A stretch of DNA of 63,752 nt, filler included, from Sphacelaria rigidula (lineage: Eukaryota): assembly GCA_964200075.2 (NCBI GenBank). It is 4 parts of 4 records of this genome, joined end to end, with 100 filler letters (N's around TTAATTAATTAA, not from the genome) between each part and the next. Parts side by side here need not be neighbours in the genome. Positions count along the whole stretch, not along the records: positions 31,933 to 47,793 come from CAXNAA020001564.1; positions 47,894 to 63,752 come from CAXNAA020001565.1; 2 more parts are not named here. One strand, written 5' to 3'. The translations under genes were made by a program, and so were the position numbers. The stretch's first letter is position 1. Each line of letters begins with the position of its first letter. A model generated the notes under the pieces. The model saw only the letters and a list, made by a program, of their open reading frames with translations, searched no databases and was not told the DNA's origin. Shown here in pieces: positions 39,001-51,400 of the stretch.

Positions 39001-39869
39001 CACCCCCATAACTGTCCCGTATGATGGCTGAAATTGGCAGGTCTCGCACGACTTGACGGTAGTTTTACCAGCAATGAATTTCATCCCACTCAGACATGCA
39101 GCCGAAACCGTGCGCATGAATACCTTCAGGCGAGCGGTGATCTTCGTGATGAGTCCGACGATCTTGTTGTACTTTACATAATCGTCTCGATTTTGCACAA
39201 GGTACCGTCGCAGTACCTGCAAGGGCAAGCGAGACGACACGAGTACGGCCGGCGTAGGCAACAAACACCAGGATGGGCGTGATGCACCAAATACAGCACT
39301 GTCACAGCGGCCATGCGCTGGTTTGAATGGGTGCGACAGTTGCATGCGGTTATACGGTACAGCACTGCATTACCTCAAGGGTGGTACATGAGCAGTCAGT
39401 GCAGGACGTAGCAAAGACTAGACTACATAACAGAAACACTGAAGAGTAACCAGTGGGCAGCGACGACGATATGACGGGGGGTGCCACACGATCGTTCAGC
39501 AGCTGACTTAAGAAAGAGCGCTGCCACGACAGCTCCAACGCTTCATACGCCCATGCTCATTCGTCAAGGAGAGAATCTCCGGTCCACTTTTTACACCAAC
39601 AGAAAAAATGACCGTAACAAGCGACTTCTGTCCTGGCCACATTATCGTGAACATACATGGCAACCCCCAATGCTCGAGGCATCTGCTAGTGCTCCCTGGC
39701 CGTGCAAGAGAGCAGTATCCAGAGGTGGTGCGGAGAAATCAACCAAAATGGAGTAACAGCTACTCGTTCTATCGCCCACCTTGATCTCTCTGATATTCTG
39801 ATCGCTCTTCCATTGAAGGAAGTCCACCTTCTTTAGTAGCTTCTGTTCATGGTATTTCAGTTTCCTCAT
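33025..39869 (-). CDS. IMP3: U3 snoRNP protein IMP3 (S4-like domain, SSU processome); complete, 5 exons, 184 aa
   Basis: Exons (- strand): 39869-39780 [21 protein letters not shown]..., 39216-39124 [21 protein letters not shown]..., 36260-36127 ...[10 protein letters not shown]...VSVSAFCR, 34149-34032 [14 protein letters not shown]...[15 protein letters not shown], 33144-33025 [21 protein letters not shown]...DDFDLL. All introns are GT-AG with consistent phases; 555 nt including stop. Confidence 0.97.
33605..33920 (-). mobile_element. Most complete copy of dispersed repeat R1 (IMP3 intron 4)
   Basis: Reverse-complement homology to 28900-29215 over its whole length; ends in a C-rich tail. Confidence 0.8.
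34668..35257. mobile_element. Tc1/mariner-type MITE (590 bp, TA TSD) in IMP3 intron 3
   Basis: TA|CGAGCTGGGCCAGC ... GCTGGCCCAGCTCG|TA, a perfect 14-bp TIR. Confidence 0.82.
37755..38109 (-). mobile_element. tRNA-derived SINE (IMP3 intron 2)
   Basis: Pol III A-box TGGCTCAGTTGG (38096-38085) and B-box GGTTCAACTC (38052-38043). The anticodon-like loop CTTCTGA suggests tRNA-Arg(TCT) origin. A ~280-bp non-tRNA body follows; the stems are broken, so it is not a tRNA gene. Confidence 0.78.
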
Positions 39870-40947
39870 GTTTACGCACCGCCCTGTGTATTGTAACGTG
39901 CAGCGCAGCGGCAGGCCAACCTGACCTCAAGACACACGTACTCCACCCATTTTTGTATTGTCATATATGTTCAAAATGTCAGAGACCCGCGATCTCAAGA
40001 CATAGTAGGGGTTCCTAAATAGGGACAAGAAGCCAAATATATGGGGAAGAGGAGACCAAAGAACAAAAACCTTAAATATGGAACAAGATGATTGTGTAAT
40101 TGCCACCTGCAGGTTGTAGCCGTCGGCCACTTTAGTTAACACCTGTATATGATCTGAAAGAAAATGACCATGTTTACGCGTTACAAGAGTAAATCCTTTG
40201 TTGATGGCTTCCAGAAGTCCGCCCCGACAAGGTCATACTCGGCCGAGGATCATTGCATCACAGGTGTAGGTGAGGCATTTTGGTGTTGAAACCTGTGGTT
40301 CATCCAAATATCCATAGCAAGCACCAGATAACTGATGAGGGTGGCGATATCTGCCAATAAGTCGAGCTGTGTTTTACCAGGGTTTTCCCGTACATGTATA
40401 TACTGAGTGTAAGTGCTACGGTGAGTCTGCCCTATCCGGTCAAGATAGTTCAGGAAGTACAGTAGTGTAGTCGTGGTGACATTTTCACCGTGACTTGCCG
40501 CACTTGTCTGCGCACTGGCCCTATTGCCCTGCCATTTCCTATCTCGTCCTGCTTACATTCTGAGTTATCGGTCCTGGCCGTGCTAATCGATCAAATTGGT
40601 AAGTGGAACATTTCGCCTTGTACACAGATTTTCATCAGGTCCATTGCGAGAGTGCCGATGCGGCTAGCCTGACCGTAGGCTGTTGAAGTCGTGTCTGTAC
40701 ACACTGTTGTGCGCCCTGTTAGAAGTTCTACACCGCTGCGACTCCCGTGTGTGATCATTAGGTGGCTTGTTTCTGCCCGCCGTTCTGCACGTCTCATTTC
40801 GTTTTTTTGCAATACCTTCGTTTACCCCCTTCTCTTCATGTCTTACTTGACTGTGATAAATTTGAACGCTTGGGCTTGCTGTAAGCAGTTTTCTAGAACG
40901 AGAATTAAACGCCTCTCCCGGAGCAAAAGCTGAAATCACGAGGCGAT
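39870..40947. promoter_or_regulatory. Putative shared/divergent promoter region between IMP3 and CACYBP
   Basis: The two start codons point away from each other 1078 bp apart on the same contig; no specific promoter motif identified. Confidence 0.5.
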
Positions 40948-43900
40948 ATGGATATGGATACGCGAGAGGAGCTCAAGGAGGCTACCACGCTGCTGGAATC
41001 TGCCAAGGTTTGCCTCTCTATTCTTCCTCTTACTTTCGTTCATCCCGTCTCGAAATGTATTATGGTGCATGATGAGTGTGTTCAACCGTTTAGTTGAGAT
41101 CGGTTCGTGTAATTCCCGTCCCCCTCCCAAAATCGGGAAAATCAAACTTTCAACACTTTGACTGCGAGGGTACTGTAGGTCACCTGCTGAATCGGCATCA
41201 ATATTCACTTGAGAAAAGCGCACGCATCCAGATGGACTATCCGCACCGCAGTCTAAGGGTTAACTTTTCGTCAAGTCAGGTTTCCCCGACGACTCTTCTC
41301 AGGGGAAGCACTTTTCGAAACCGTCTTCTTCGCCATGTCTGCAGACTGCAGACGGCTTTTCTATGGAACAACTGTACTCGTGGCTATGATATGGAATGGG
41401 TGGTTGGTGCTTGGTTGGGGTGGATGGGTTGCGACGGATTTTTTTGTTGTTTTGGGGTTCTTGGCCACGGTCAGACAGTCGTATATTATAGATCGAAACA
41501 ATAAATACATGTTACCGTGTATTTCTCAAGGCGTGAAATGTCACGACGTCATTTTGCAATCCTGCACATGATGCCCTCTGGCAGCCCCGCTAGTCTTGTA
41601 GAAGTACCATCGTGTAGGAGTCGATAGCCACTGGTGGATCGTTTGAGCGCCCAATCGAATTCGCACGTCTTCTCTTTTGTTCCCTAGGAAATCAGAAAGG
41701 GACCGTGAGGCATTTCTTTGCCTACATGTTCAACACGCGATAGCCGACCGTGGTCGCCCACCTTCCCTGACTATCAACGCCACAAGCCCCCGCTTGGGCA
41801 GAAGGGGATTTGTGAGGACGAGAAGCTCATGGCCGCATTCCTATGCGCGTGGCTTGTGCCGTCAATTTGTTGTGCTTTTCCTGCTCATTTGGCTACGGGA
41901 ATCGAGTGTTTTTTTCGCACACCTCAAATACGTTATCGAAACACCCCCTGAGCACACCCGCACCCGCAGCCTGCAGCACCTACACCCCCACCGAGTGCGC
42001 GACGCCGTTTTGCTGCTTTACAACAACAGTGTTTCTTAACCATATACACATGCATGCACCACTTATTCACTTAGCGCCACAACAACTGCTGTACCTCACT
42101 GTTTGAAAAAAATATTTCCTGGCATGGCGATGTCGCTGCCCGTGGCTCACGGTCGAACATATCTGACGCGCGGCACACGCGTGGCAACGGCGTTTTCTAT
42201 ATATTGGTGTAGTCGCCGTCGCCTTACTGAGAAAAACGCAAGTTACCTGAACTCGTATCAGCAAGTTTCGCCAGGGCCCAATCCTAGACCCAAGGGCTCA
42301 ATATTAGTTAGCTGCTATCCTACGATATGTTGGGGGGGGGGGGTATTTTGAGCCATTTCTTGCACGAAATTCCAAGTCAAATCGTCGTTAAAGCAGCAAG
42401 GTTTGCTCGAACTCGTTTGTTATATATACGTGACGCTCATTCATGCAGATTGACATCGTTTATAACCAAATACAAGCGCACCGCGAGTGTGGCAGGTTGT
42501 CTGACACACTTATAAGCCTCTTTTTTGTTGAATGCAATACCCCCTCCCCCCCCCCCCCCCCACCGTAGGACTATGGCTATGGCATGCATGATCATGAGTA
42601 CACCACCCTACCGTAGGATGACCCTTGGGCTATGTACCATGCAATGAGTAATGAGGCTTCTCAGCAGTGGTCGCTGCGGCACTTCCTTGGCTGCTGACCA
42701 ACGATCTCCGCGGCAAACCCAGTACAACCGGCAGACACAACACACAGTACCTACAAGTATGGGGATGTGGAGGGCAGACTGCACACAACTGCAGACAATC
42801 GGTAGGACAGGGGTCACTCTTTCGCACACGACATGAACTAGAACAAGCGTCCCGCGGGCGGGCACCCTCATCTTGGTGTAGCAACCCGCCAAGAATATCA
42901 CAGAGTTGTAAGGCACTGATTGGGAGTCTGTTTCGTAGAGAAGAGTGGATGGGATGACCCCACGCCTCAAACTTTTCCGAGAGGTTTTCGGAGTGAAGAA
43001 GCAGCAGCCGTAACGCTGTTGTATCCAACATACACTGTAGACATCTTTGTTCCTGAAGGGCGCGTACACAAGTGATGGAAGCGACGGCTGTGGGAGTATT
43101 GCTCCCCCGTCGCCCATGGTCGTCCCTGCACTGGCTCATCATACTCACTAAACGTCGGATATATTCCTCTACTCACGGGAGTAGCCAAATCTAGTATTTC
43201 CTGATTTTCATTTGCAAGCATCGTTGACTGTCGCACACACCTTCCGTCATAGGCTCACGTTGTATATCCGCACGAGTACTGCAACTGTTTCGCCTGGCTG
43301 TGCCCGGCCCGGTAGGCCCACTGTTTATGCCCGGTCCTTCGTTTTTGCTGTTTTCTCACCGATTCACAAGTGACATGTTGACGCTTGTCGTTACACAATC
43401 CACCGCAGTACATGAAGGAAGGTGAACATTGAAGCAAAGCTTTCTCCTTCCCCACCCGTTTCCCCCAAATTACAAGGGGCCGAGGGCACGCGCGTCCCTC
43501 TCCTCTCTGGTTGCTCTGCTCAAAGCCGAGATTGCCCCGCCAGCAGCAGCACCATCGACGCCACCCGCTCAAGCATCACAACCCAATGAATCCGACAATG
43601 CGGTTGCCGCAGCACCAGCAGCACCAGCAGCAGTAGCAAGCACCGGTGTCACTTCCAATGCGAGTACCAGCAGTACGAAGGAGGTTGCCGCAGCTCCAGT
43701 TCAGACGGAGGTGCCTGTCGGCATCTTGGGGCCTAAGACCCAAGGGATCAAGTGAGGAAGTGGCTGTGGTGGCGGTGATGTATTTCGTGTGCTAAAGTTC
43801 AGTGGGCGAAGGAGGCAATAAAGTAAGGTCGAATGGGTTGCACGTGAAGCTTTTTCGTCTGACTCGTGCAGCAAGGTTCCTGCTACAATACGGTGGACAA

Positions 43901-46900
43901 AGTTTGTGTATTCGTGGAACACAATTTTGCGCCCGTTGTATGCATGACCCCTTCCCTTTCGTGGTCTGATGAACGCGCGTCTTTGTGGACGTTGCGGTTG
44001 TCATGTACAGCGAACGTCGAGTAAAAGAGCACGAACCAGGAGCAGAACCCTTTGTCAGTTGCATTCGCTAGAGTTGTGGTGGTGCCTCGAAGCGTCGCGA
44101 CGCCACTTCGTCGGCAGCCTTCGAATGGTGTTCACGTGTCTTGTGTGGGTACTTGCATCAGATTATGCTGTTCTATGTTTCATATATCTCTCTTTCTCCC
44201 CCTTGCCTTTTGCTTGCTGCTCATCTCTCCCTTGGACTGGCTAGATACATGACATTTGATAGTTTTGCGTGGGATCAGGGAGCCTACAACAGCCCGAAAG
44301 TGTCGGTATACGTGCCCCTGGATGGGGTCGGGGCAGTCAAAGACAGAGTAAAATGCTCCTTCACTTCTCGTGGCTTCGACCTCACGTGAGTAGGAGTAAA
44401 TAACGTCAAGTGATGACCGAATGGTGGGTTGGGGCAGCCATGGGGCTGGTGTAGATGAACCTATTGTCGCGCGAACAGTCGGGTGTCACACAAACACCGC
44501 GAATCTTGCTGAGCTCTACAGGCGCTTTCAGCTAAATCGTGTGTCAAAATATTACGATTCATTATTTTGGCACCCTAGATCGGCCGCCGTACACGAGAGA
44601 TCGGGGCTGTTTTGCCGCAAGACCTTGTACGAAGTGTCGCGTGGACCATGTGTTTGTATGGGATATGATGTAGTCCAGGAACCTTCTCTTATCATCGCAG
44701 TAGCAGCGGAACATGGCGTGCAACAATATTTTGCCGATGCTGCACCCGCTGTGTCGGCAGCGGCTGTGGCTCTGGCAGTGTTTATCTGCGACGCCTCGGA
44801 CATTTCAGTACATGTTGCGTTTTGCTACGGTGCCCGGTATTACGGACAGCATCTGTCAGTCGCAAGACAGTTCGCCACAAGTCCAGCAGCCACCAACCCA
44901 CACCACGCTTCAGACTCTACTGTTCACATGCCCAGCCCTCCTAGCAGCGTTTCCCTGTGCTTCCTTACAGCGTATGACGGAGACCATGCCCTTGCACATA
45001 AGCTCTCATCTGATCGGCACTCGACACCAGGGGCTGGTCAAATATGATGGAAACGTACGTCGTATCTCTTTGTCGACTCCTGGGGTGGCGCAAAAGCTCC
45101 AGTTGTGCCGCTTTCAAAAAGCAAGTACAAGGTCAATGTATGGTATATCCTGACCTCAGCATCGGCACCTCAGAGATAACCCCATCTCCCTTCACCCCCC
45201 TCCCCCCAGTCTCGGCGGGACTGTCGGCCGTCGTTATTGTTCCGAGATAATCTCGTGCTTGAGGGGTTAGAACTTCAAAACATTCGCCTTCGTTTTCAGA
45301 TTAGATGTTCGTTTTGTATACTCTTTTGGAGTTTTCATCGTGGTGGTACAAAATGATGCTATGCAATGACTGCGGCATCGTCTTTTTCGAGGGTGGTGTG
45401 GACAACTCCCTTTGTCAAATACAATTAATACAATTCTTCTATCTTTCGCGACCTTTGGGTTTGTTGTCCCTCCTATCCCCTCTCCCCCCATCAGGGTCAC
45501 AGATCTCAACGGCAAGAACTACAGGCTGCTGAACAATAATCTGGATAAGGACATCATACCAAACGATAGCAGCTTCGTCGTGAAAAGAAACAAGATCATC
45601 TTGAAACTGGCAAAGGTATGCGCATACCTATTAACCCTTTTGGGACCAAGCCTACATGACGACCAATGAGGCTCGTTAGGCATGACGTGTCTAGCGTCTG
45701 CACGAAACAGTGGCTTCATGACTTCATGTTGCTGAAGTCCGCGCATGTAACCGCAGGGTAGTGGGGGAGACCGAAAGTCTCATCCAATCTATTTTCAGGT
45801 GCAGGGTGCGCATTAGGTAATGTACATCTGATGTAGCAAGCAGTATGGGTCGCCGTAGAGAGCTTCCGACAGGATGCGGCGACCGGCTGGCCGGCCGGCC
45901 GCCACTGGTGGTTTTGGATGATAGTATTGTCCCCATCACGCTGCCACACAACCCTTTGTGGTCGGGGTGGGCCGCGATTTACCTATTCATTGCAAGCGGC
46001 AAATTATCTTCGAAGGGTATAAGCGTTGCGCCGCGCATACACACAGACAGTACAGTACAGTGCAGTAGGACTCTCCGACTGCAAAAGCAGCTGCCACTGC
46101 GTACTCCCTTGCACGTTCTGGGCAGTTTTTAGCTACCGGGATCAACTGCCTGTATACCACTTCTTCATCCCCGCCCACTACATACATGCTTCCTGTGTTC
46201 TGCAAGGCATCTGCAGAGGGATAGACATAATTTATGACGATAGCTCCGTTTGTCTTTCCACGGCCCACCTGGGTTTAGTGCCTCGTGAAGATAACCACAT
46301 GGTAGCATGTACACTCCTTCCCGATTTTTCCCACCCCACCCTGTGTTGGTGTAACTACTACATTTTAGTATAGGCTGTCTACCCGAAAAAACTTCCGGGA
46401 AATCCGGGGAACGCTATACTAAATGCAAGTAATACGATAAGCCATGCTCCGAGTATCCTGGTTTCGGAAACGTGGGTCCCCACACAATCTTTGCAGTGAC
46501 ATTACACTCGGCAACAGTCCCCGCGCTGGTCGTTCGGGTCTGATCGATGAATTTCGCCTCGCCGTGATTGGGCAGGTCGCTCCCTGACTCATCTTTTTTA
46601 TTATTTCACAAACACATGGTCAGCCCCGTGTCAGGGGGGGGTCGGTCCCAACAGGGTCAATCGATCGCGTTGCATTTGTGGGCCATAAGCATCTGTATTT
46701 CTGTATTGTACGGCTTATACGGCTCATCGTCGGTTTGTGTTGCCCAGGTAATATAGCATGCGCTGCTCGGATAGAGTCATACAACGGGCTACGCCGCCGC
46801 GTCTCGTTGTTTTCAAATGACCTATTGTCCGCCAGTCTGGGAGGAATCATTCGGATGGATCCCTACGATAACACTCATGGTTACTCTTGATTGCCGACGT

Positions 46901-47376
46901 CAAAATAAGGAGAAAGTGACTTGAGAAAAAAAAATCGATGTAAATCAAAGGGCTGCGCAAGTTCTGGTCGTCATGATCTAATGCTTGAAAGTGAAATTCG
47001 GAAGCTATCACCCGGGGAGAGATGAGCTGATACTACTACGGGCTCTTCGCAAGGAGAGGTTTGGGGTTAGAGGAATATAATGAGAAAAGAGGACAACAAT
47101 CGTCGGTTGCGCTTGAATGCGGTCGTTTTTCCTAAACACAAATGCCCACCTGCCACACAAATTTGATTTTCGAGCTTAATTGTTTCCGTTGTCGTTTTTC
47201 ATTCGCGGTTATCTTTCCGGGGCGGGCGCGCGGGGGGGGGATTGCTGCTGTTTTACATTGCATCCTTTGCACTCACCCTCAGGTGAAGGCCGAGTACGGC
47301 AGCTACGACCACTGGACCGCACTCACGGCCAAGAAAATTAAACCGGCCGGGGCGAACAAGCGTGACCCGTCTGCAA
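40948..47376 (+). CDS. CACYBP: Calcyclin-binding protein / Siah-interacting protein (N-terminal helical domain, CS domain, start of SGS domain); 3' exon(s) missing at contig end
   Basis: Exons: 40948-41007 (MDMDTREELKEATTLLESAK; start less certain), 43477-43751 (Ala/Pro/Ser linker), 44245-44385 (YMTFDSFAWDQ...VSVYVPLDGV...FTSRGFDL), 45495-45615 (VTDLNGKNYRLLNNNLDKDI...VKRNKIILKLAK), 47283-47376 (...HWTALT...DPSA). Phases are consistent. CS-domain motifs W-D-Q, FDL.V..LNGK.Y and the pre-SGS DPS match CacyBP/SIP. Confidence 0.88.
42317..42570. mobile_element. MITE with TCCTACG+poly-G ... poly-C+CGTAGGA inverted ends
   Basis: Inverted termini are visible; interior homologous to 14940-15140. Confidence 0.7.
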
Positions 47377-47793
47377 GTACGTACCTGTGTGATTCGCTCG
47401 AATGCTTCTTGTCGGCAAGGGGTTGGGTGTACCCCCCGTGTCTCGAATCAAGTGTTTTTTTCTCTTAACCATTGAAAGTCTTGGACGACCCGCAAGCGGT
47501 GGGTCGAAGATGTGAACTGCAGTTCACATGTACACGAAAATCGTGCTGTGCAACATCTCGCGTCGGCAAAGCACATAATAGAACCTAAGGGTCGACATAG
47601 TGCCGTGTAACGCGGACGGATTACCCGTAGCTGACATGTGTACATTCCGCGCCGAGTGTACCTCTCGACGCTTTCACTTCTGTACTCCCAGCCCACGACG
47701 GCTCCCCCCCCCCCCTCAGGTGATGGTGAGACACCCATGAGGCAGTGCATAAGCCGTGGCTGTCTCTGGAAGTGGCGATACCAGATAATAAAG

Positions 47794-47893
47794 NNNNNNN
47801 NNNNNNNNNNNNNNNNNNNNNNNNNNNNNNNNNNNNNTTAATTAATTAANNNNNNNNNNNNNNNNNNNNNNNNNNNNNNNNNNNNNNNNNNNN
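47794..47893. other. Artificial assembly linker
   Basis: 44 N + TTAATTAATTAA + 44 N. Confidence 0.97.
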
Positions 47894-48403
47894 CCAATCC
47901 GCGAGACCAAAATGAAAGGTGCGTACCGTGGGAGAGATGGGTTGATCCCTTGAGACCACGGGCTCATCCCGAGGAAGGGAGAAGTTCAAAGTGTGACGGA
48001 AAAAAAAAAGTTGTTCAATCGTTTGAGACTACGTCCTCGCTTCGGAGGAGAGCGGCATGAAAAGCACGTCCAAAGATGACGTAGGTTTTCGGAGTTTGTG
48101 ATGAACAATATTGAAACGAAGAGGTGAATGCACGGACGCTTGCACGCATAACACGCGCAGCCGGACTCTCGCACATGTTGACAGGTCACGCCGCGTTTAG
48201 TCCATGACGCGGTGCACAAAGCGAAAATGCTCGGGTTGACGCCGAACATGATATTGAATACACCACTCCTTGCTCGTCTGTATTTGTTGTATACATGAGT
48301 TTCATGTGTTTGCAGGAGGCATATATATTATATTAGGTGATGACTACCGCCACCGTTGGTATGGTCACGTCACAAATGTCAACTATCGTGTCTTGCGACG
48401 AAG

Positions 48404-51400
48404 GTGGAGCCGAAGACCGAGGACAACGAGTCACCGCTCACCGCGGAGGAAGCGGAGGTCGAAGTGCTGAAGTTGCTGGAGTTCTACTTCGGCAACTCCA
48501 ACTTCGCCTGGGATCGCTTCATGCAGAGCAAGGTATCGTTGCCGATGGTGTGTATCACGGGCTCGCAGTATGACACCCCCCTCAACAACAAGGCCTCCTG
48601 GGTGATGACAGTTTAGCTATTTTTTGCATCACGCCAGTATCTACACAACATTGGAGGTCCTAGCATGGGGATGAGGCGGTGGTTGCAAGCTGAGTCGCAA
48701 GCCCGACATGACCGTACCATGCTGGGAGTCTGGATTGATTTTTTTTTTGTATTGTAGTACCATTATCCTATACTGGTAGGGTATAGCAGATGGGACTTGT
48801 GACGAGCGATTTCTAGTGCACTGTGACGAGGCCATCCCTTGACGCTGCAGGGGCACAGTACGTAGTGTAGCACCCCTCCGTTCGGGGCCCAAAAAGTCAT
48901 GACTCAAGGGTCGGGCATGTCGGTGAAGAAGAGAGCGAAGCACAGCGTTGACAATGGGATACCATGTACAGGTATTTATGGCGGTATTGCGGGGATCAGA
49001 TAGTCATGCTGTCGAGCATGCTTGTAGCGCCTAGCCATCGCTTTTATGGTGGCAGCAATGTCGGAGTACTGCCCTGTTCGTCGAAGGTGCTATGTCATCG
49101 TTAGCTGGACGGATCTTGTGGGGGGGAGGGGGAGGGGGGTGCAAGCACGTTGTTGCGTCTTTGTCGGTTCAGCCTGTGTTATTGTCGTTTCCGTTCACGG
49201 TTGATTGTTCATCTTGGGTGACGTCTGGTGATGGTTGTTAATTTAGTCGGTTTTCATCGCCGATGTCTCCTCGATGTTTGATGTTCGCATTTGATGTTTG
49301 CATGGCTATGGCACGTGCAGGCGGGCGAGTACGGAGAGGGGTTTGTGGCGACGGAGACGTTGCTGCTCTTCAACAAGGTCAAGATCATCGTTCGCAGGGC
49401 GAAGCTTACTCAGGAGGATGCGATCACTATGGTGAGCTTTTGCAGCGTAGTGTAGTGTAATGTAGGGAAAATAAAGTGAAGCAGGACCCTTCATCGAGGG
49501 TGTAATTATGAAGCTTGAAATACGCAAATGCGCTGTATCCTGTATAGCACATGTGTGAGACAGCAAACGAAGCCCAGGCGTGATATAAATCTAGTATGTA
49601 CTTCGCGCCTTTGTGTGTCGCGTCGTTTTGTGTGTTTTGTCAGGTGGGCGCCCGCAGGTGTTTCCGATCACACCGTCGTACTGTACTGTTGTACCACCAT
49701 AGGCGCCTGCCGTTTTCCTGTTTTTGCGTGGCTCTGACTTCATTCAGTTTTTTAGATTTGGTTTCTGTTATGTTGTGTGTCACTATATCATTTCCTCCCT
49801 TTCTGGGGAGCCTGTCAGTGAGTGTTCCATTGATTTTCCTTGGGTTCGTCCTAACTCGTCACCACGCCTGGGATACGCGGCACCACAGTCGATTGCATTA
49901 CCTCCATCTCGAGTCTCGTCTCGTGTGATGGTAGGTGGTTGGCAAAGATGTTGTGCATGTATATGTACCATGGACCGTGGCGTACAGTGAAAGTAAATGA
50001 TGGTGGTGTTGAATGCGTCAGGCATGGAGTACGTCTATGATGAAGGTGCTGCATACATTGGAAACTGTTACATGAAGTGGTGTAAGTGAGTGCTACAAGA
50101 TCTCGCATGCATCCCATCAACCATGTTCGGTGTTGTGTTGTGTCTTGGGCGGCGACGAGCAGATGGCCAAGGTAGCGGACGGTTCTGACAAGCTGAAGGT
50201 CAGCGAAGATAGGAAGGAGATTGGGCGGAAGGAGCCTCTCACTGACGAGATCAACCAGGAGCGCATATCTCGCACTGTCAAGGTACAGCGCACCGCTCCC
50301 ATCACGCTACTCGTATTGCGGGCTGACTTGCTGTAAACTCTAATCTATTACTTCGGCCCTTGGATCGCAAAGTTGGCCTCTTAGTGTAATTCCTAAAAAG
50401 TCATTCGGCTGTGAGTGCCAGGTAGTGGTGAGTGCTACCGCAGTATGTACTGGCAGAGGGGTTAGAAAGCATGAACTAATCAGTCACCTGCTGTTTAGAG
50501 AGAAACAGATTTGCCAGGTGCAACCTTCAACTGTTGTCTAGTACTGTATTGGTGGCGATAATGCAAGCTGGGTGAGTTGTGCTCGGAGGACGCAAGTTGT
50601 CGCCGTCCAAAGAATAGTGACTCCGTTTTTCGTCTTCTTGTTTTTGCGCTTGGTGTTGTTGTCCACACATTTCAGATGGGGGGGGGGGGGGGGGGGGGCT
50701 GCCGGGAAAAAAGATGTACCTATGTTGGATCGGGGTTTAATTCGGTGGAGGCCAGGAAATTGTANNNNNNNNNNTCCCTTCCTTTTTTTTTTTCTTTTCT
50801 TTTTTCTTGTTTTTGTGTGTTGTGGGTGTTTTTTGTGCCAAAAAGTGGGGGGGGGGGGGGGGGGGGGGGATGACGGCCAGTAAAGAAGATGTACCTATGG
50901 TGCATAGGCGTTCAATTCGGATAGTGCCATGAAATTGTAACTGTTCCGACATGTACCCATATTGACGTAAATACATGCCGAGCAGTGTTGTGGTTTGCCG
51001 TGCATTAACGTAATACCAAGGGATGGAAGCAAGATTGCATCAAGGATTGTTCGACTTGGGGGGGGGGGGGGGAGAAATGGGATTTTGGAAGCGGAATGGA
51101 ATGACTAGATGTTCTGTATTGCAATGTGGTGTTGTCGCTTGTTGACGTGCTAGTGTCTTGGGCAAACGTGTTCGATTTCGCGCCATTGTTATTACAATAA
51201 TAATGTATACTTGACATTTATTCTTGTTCCCGCCATGGTGAAGACCACCAACAACCTGCTGCAGTTTCAGCTGCAACCCCTGGGGGGAGAGACTTGACCC
51301 CAACCTCGGGAGACTCTGCGCTGGACCCTTACCCGCAAGTACACCTGTATTCTAAAAACGAGTAGGGTGATGATTGGTTACCATTCACCAAGCGGAGAGT

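Noticed and set aside
41065..41200. Intronic C/D-box snoRNA candidate (ATGATGA...CTGA) in CACYBP intron 1
   Set aside because: Terminal stem spacing is off, and the only rRNA complementarity I could see needs several wobble pairs and a bulge.
44421..45153. 208-aa and 146-aa ORFs inside a CACYBP intron
   Set aside because: No recognisable domain or splice pattern; could be decayed sequence, but not supportable.
47894..47985. ATGAAAG|GTGCGT as the first exon of the La gene
   Set aside because: Wrong phase for the 48404 acceptor, and the segment is homologous to a dispersed repeat also present at ~19580-19670.
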